This document shows positions 25,710 to 28,166 of a DNA stretch of 28,166 nt, in pieces. How positions within the stretch are numbered: the stretch's first letter is position 1; every line of letters begins with the position of its first letter. The notes beneath the pieces are model-generated. The model was not told the origin of the DNA, did not search any database, and saw nothing but the letters and a program-made list of their open reading frames with translations. The stretch comes from Candidatus Thorarchaeota archaeon. GTDB taxonomy: Archaea > Asgardarchaeota > Thorarchaeia > Thorarchaeales > Thorarchaeaceae. The translations under genes were made by a program, and so were the position numbers. The stretch is from positions 1-28,166 of the forward strand of contig PRDH01000027.1 in NCBI GenBank assembly GCA_003345545.1, in the 5' to 3' direction.

Positions 25710-25865
25710 CTACGGCTTCAGCTTTGACTGGCGCCAGTTTCGCTGCCCTGGTGTCCTTCTGACTCTACCACCGGTCTTCATAATGACCCATGAGGGTACC
25801 GATGAATTACTCCGCATTGCTTTTGCCATTCTGAGTTTCTTTGCGAGTGGCTTGTATCGTGCCAT
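25710..25865 (-). CDS. rpl39e: 50S ribosomal protein eL39 (not in ORF track)
   Basis: Manual translation gives [51 protein letters not shown] (51 aa). GGTGA SD and canonical position before rpl31e. Confidence 0.95.
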   Translation of the reverse strand: MARYKPLAKKLRMAKAMRSNSSVPSWVIMKTGGRVRRTPGQRNWRQSKLKP

Positions 25866-25885
25866 ATTGTTCACCTGTGCAGCTA

Positions 25886-26218
25886 TTACCTGAATGTTAT
25901 CTTTCGTTCGCGCTCCTTTCCCTGCAACTGCTGCAAGAGCGCTTTCAACTGCTCGTCAGTTACCTGACCTTTGAGCCTACCCGTGCTAGCCAGCTGGATC
26001 AACTGCATCTCGATCTGTTCCGCGAACTGCGGTTTCACCATCTTGATGTTGGTCAATCTCTGTCGCGCTTCAGGCGTCAGGATCTGTCTCAGCACAGCCT
26101 CCTTCTGAGCCTGTGCGTCAGCAGCAGCTTGTTCCTCTGCCTGTTCTCTGAGTGCCTGTTGCCTGAGGGAAGCCAACTTCCTTTGACGTATAGCCTCGAG
26201 CTCCTCATCATCACTCAT
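25886..26218 (-). CDS. PDCD5/TFAR19-like DNA-binding protein
   Basis: [12 protein letters not shown]...[21 protein letters not shown]...TDEQLK. Confidence 0.93.
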   Translation of the reverse strand: MSDDEELEAIRQRKLASLRQQALREQAEEQAAADAQAQKEAVLRQILTPEARQRLTNIKMVKPQFAEQIEMQLIQLASTGRLKGQVTDEQLKALLQQLQGKERERKITFR

Positions 26219-26236
26219 TGTGCCATGCCACCTGGC

Positions 26237-26689
26237 CTAGTACTTTTCAAGCTCTGGAATTGCCTTTGAGAGTTCCAACTTCAAGGCTCCTGACAGTTTG
26301 TCCATATAAGACCTACCGATGTCTGTCATCTCCCTACCTTTACTGCCGCGCTTCTTCACAAATCCAGCTCGCTCGAGCTGCTGAAGTGCAGTTCTGATGA
26401 TTGAACCACCACCTCTTGCGAACTCGTTGGGTTTGTTGCCACGCCGGCTTCTCCCTCCATAGGCGATTCGTAGCTGTCCAGTTCCTATCGGTCCTTTGAG
26501 ATAGATCTTCCTCAGGATGCTAGCACATCTGACGTACCAGAAGTCAGCATTCTCCGGGGCTCTCTCCTTGTGAATTCCAGTCTTCACATATGGAACCCAG
26601 TCTGGAGGAGTGATCTCATCTCTGGACTTCAGGTCCTGAGCGAGTCGCCGAATCAGGATGTTGGCTGGGATATCATAGACTGTGGGCAT
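26237..26689 (-). CDS. rps19e: 30S ribosomal protein eS19
   Basis: PPDWVPYVKTG.HKERAP, WYVRCASILRKIY and IIRTALQQLE. Confidence 0.97.
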   Translation of the reverse strand: MPTVYDIPANILIRRLAQDLKSRDEITPPDWVPYVKTGIHKERAPENADFWYVRCASILRKIYLKGPIGTGQLRIAYGGRSRRGNKPNEFARGGGSIIRTALQQLERAGFVKKRGSKGREMTDIGRSYMDKLSGALKLELSKAIPELEKY

Positions 26690-26893
26690 TGTCAGTCACC
26701 AATCTTGTTGAGTAAGGCCCCTAACACGCTTTCAGCTAGTGACCCACCTCAAAAGGCTAGAGTCACCGTCTTGAGTGTGCATAAAAGGATTTTCATGGGT
26801 CTACTATGATTCTCGGAGAAGAATATGGGTTTGCCACAGGAATTTCGATTAGTCTATCCATATGTGATATTCTACTCATAGAAGTACTTGAAA

Positions 26894-27178
26894 TCACTCA
26901 AGTGCATGCATCTCTTTTGTCCTATAGATTACTGCTACTCTCCCTCGAAAACCAGCAAGTTTCGCTCCACACTTCGTACAAAGCAACTCCATTAGTTCTC
27001 TCTTGTTGGAGGCTCCTGTGCCGCTTTGAAGAATCCTGATCTTTATGTAATTGTGCTGTTCGAGTAGTCGTTTTGTCTCATCAATATCAGTATCAGACAA
27101 ACCCTCTTCTCGGATTTGCAGCATTGCTGGGTAGTGCCAAGCGATTCTGATCCTCTCGGGGTCCATCTCAGGTTTCAT
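26894..27178 (-). CDS. YhbY/CRM-domain protein, divergent second copy
   Basis: MKPEMDPERIRIAW..PAMLQIREEG...HNYIKIRIL...RGRVAVIYR aligns end to end with the upstream YhbY. Real start is probably ATG 27178. Confidence 0.75.
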   Translation of the reverse strand: MKPEMDPERIRIAWHYPAMLQIREEGLSDTDIDETKRLLEQHNYIKIRILQSGTGASNKRELMELLCTKCGAKLAGFRGRVAVIYRTKEMHALE

Positions 27179-27230
27179 CGCATCTCGACTCTCTTGCCTT
27201 ACTATCTTGGGCCAACTTAATGTTTGTGAC

Positions 27231-27512
27231 CTACGGGGCTCTCTGTGAGGCACGGTGCCTGAAGATAACCGCTGTGTTACCGCGAATACCTGCAAGTCTG
27301 GCTCCTGTCTTCTCACAAAGGCTCTCAATGAGTTCGCTCTTTTCGTCCTCTCCCAGTGCACTTCGGAGCATACGTACCTTGATGTACTGGTGTCTCTTGA
27401 GAAGTCGTACAATCTCTTTCACAAGACTGTCCGAGACCCCTCCTTTTCCAATCTGCGCCATTGCAGGGTCCTGCCATGCTATCTTCACTCTTGTGGGGTC
27501 TGCCTCAGCCAT
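27231..27512 (-). CDS. yhbY: YhbY/CRM-domain RNA-binding protein
   Basis: QIGKGG, L..HQYIKVRMLRS and IRGNTAVIFR. Conserved position between rpp21 and rps19e. Confidence 0.88.
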   Translation of the reverse strand: MAEADPTRVKIAWQDPAMAQIGKGGVSDSLVKEIVRLLKRHQYIKVRMLRSALGEDEKSELIESLCEKTGARLAGIRGNTAVIFRHRASQRAP

Positions 27513-27553
27513 CACCAGTCACCATGTCTTGCTTCTTGTCATCTCTGATTAAT

Positions 27554-27889
27554 CTATGCCTGTGGCCTCGCTTGGGATGAGTAGTATCTCCTGATATTTC
27601 CGCACCTAGTGCATGTCACTACTAGGTGTCTTGATCTGGTATGTCTGACCCTGACTCTACATGTATCTCCAGGGATCAAGATAGCCCCGCACTCTTTGCA
27701 GACTCTTCTGCTAATATCTCGCGGAAGTTTGGCCCGCGCACGTTGCGCAATCTTCCTGGCGCTCAACATCTGTTTCTTCGCAACCTCTGGGTGAGTCTTT
27801 GCCTCCTGTAAGGCATGTCTCCAGAGTATCTCTATCCTTGCCTGTGCGAGCCGATCTGTCTTCTCCTTTGCGAACCTTCTCTTTGACAA
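27554..27889 (-). CDS. rnp4: Ribonuclease P protein component 4 (Rpp21)
   Basis: A.ARIEIL, ARKI and VCKECGAILIPGDTCRVR...VTCTRCGNIRRY zinc ribbon. Confidence 0.93.
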   Translation of the reverse strand: MSKRRFAKEKTDRLAQARIEILWRHALQEAKTHPEVAKKQMLSARKIAQRARAKLPRDISRRVCKECGAILIPGDTCRVRVRHTRSRHLVVTCTRCGNIRRYYSSQARPQA

Positions 27890-27967
27890 GGACCCACCTC
27901 TTTGCGTTGTGGGCTATGTTCAAACTGCTTAAATTGTTCGTGTAATCCACTACCATGTGAGTCTGCC

Positions 27968-28166
27968 ATGCTACACGTGATTCTATTGGACTGCGCCTTG
28001 GAACTTGTGCCCTCAGAGATATCCTCGTTCAAGGAGGTCCAGAAGCAGGCAGGGCGAAGGGGGAAGAAACCAAACGAGATACTGCTCGACCAGACGCATC
28101 ATGGCAGGGCAATGACAAAACTGGACCGTGCCGACAGAAGGGGCCGACCTGACATAGTATTTCACT
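27968..28166 (+). CDS. nep1: 16S rRNA pseudouridine N1-methyltransferase Nep1/Emg1 (5' partial)
   Basis: Manual translation gives MLHVILLDCALELVPSEI...ILLDQTHHGRAMTKL..ADRRGRPDIVFH. Divergent from rpp21 and runs off the window. Confidence 0.9.
   Translation, partial: MLHVILLDCALELVPSEISSFKEVQKQAGRRGKKPNEILLDQTHHGRAMTKLDRADRRGRPDIVFH

Noticed and set aside
26735-26770. GGTGACTC/GGGTCACT hairpin upstream of rps19e
   Set aside because: The likely TSS (about 25 nt below TTTTAT at 26786-26781) falls inside the stem, so it is probably not formed in the leader.
27179-27412. Programmed frameshift joining the two YhbY copies (172-aa ORF in track)
   Set aside because: No slippery heptamer near the end of copy 1. 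The extension is treated as an alternative-frame overlap.

Overview
Archaeal chromosomal segment (about 50% GC, GGTGA/GGAG Shine-Dalgarno motifs). By inference from gene content and order it is TACK/Asgard-like, possibly Thorarchaeota. The right half is the conserved information-processing superoperon on the minus strand: rpp21, two yhbY copies, rps19e, PDCD5, rpl39e, rpl31e, eIF6, rplX, pfdA, ftsY, argF, pfkB, ftsZ, secE, spt5, rpl11, rpl1, rpl10 and rpl12, with a divergent partial nep1 at the edge. The left half is mixed: trm112, gcvPA/gcvPB, an LpdD/PAC-like gene, a ubiquitin-like SAMP/Urm1 gene and mtaB in one run, then an oxidoreductase, YkgJ, SSB, PrcB, thiL, a radical SAM-HhH protein, a membrane protein/wHTH pair with an operator, DinB and HDAC. 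The strongest unannotated signal is four tRNA genes (Gln partial, Leu-GAG, Thr-CGU, Arg-UCU). Each is interrupted at a different non-canonical position (about 25/26, 43/44, 53/54, 19/20), and the three complete ones carry 30-32 nt bulge-helix-bulge-type introns. Other notable items are a CCHC zinc finger inserted into the Spt5 NGN domain, C33 in tRNA-Arg, a candidate structured RNA at about 6690-6830, a structured leader and uORF before rpl11, a 27-aa sORF between two tRNAs, and a degenerate tandem YhbY paralog. No CRISPR array or mobile element was seen.
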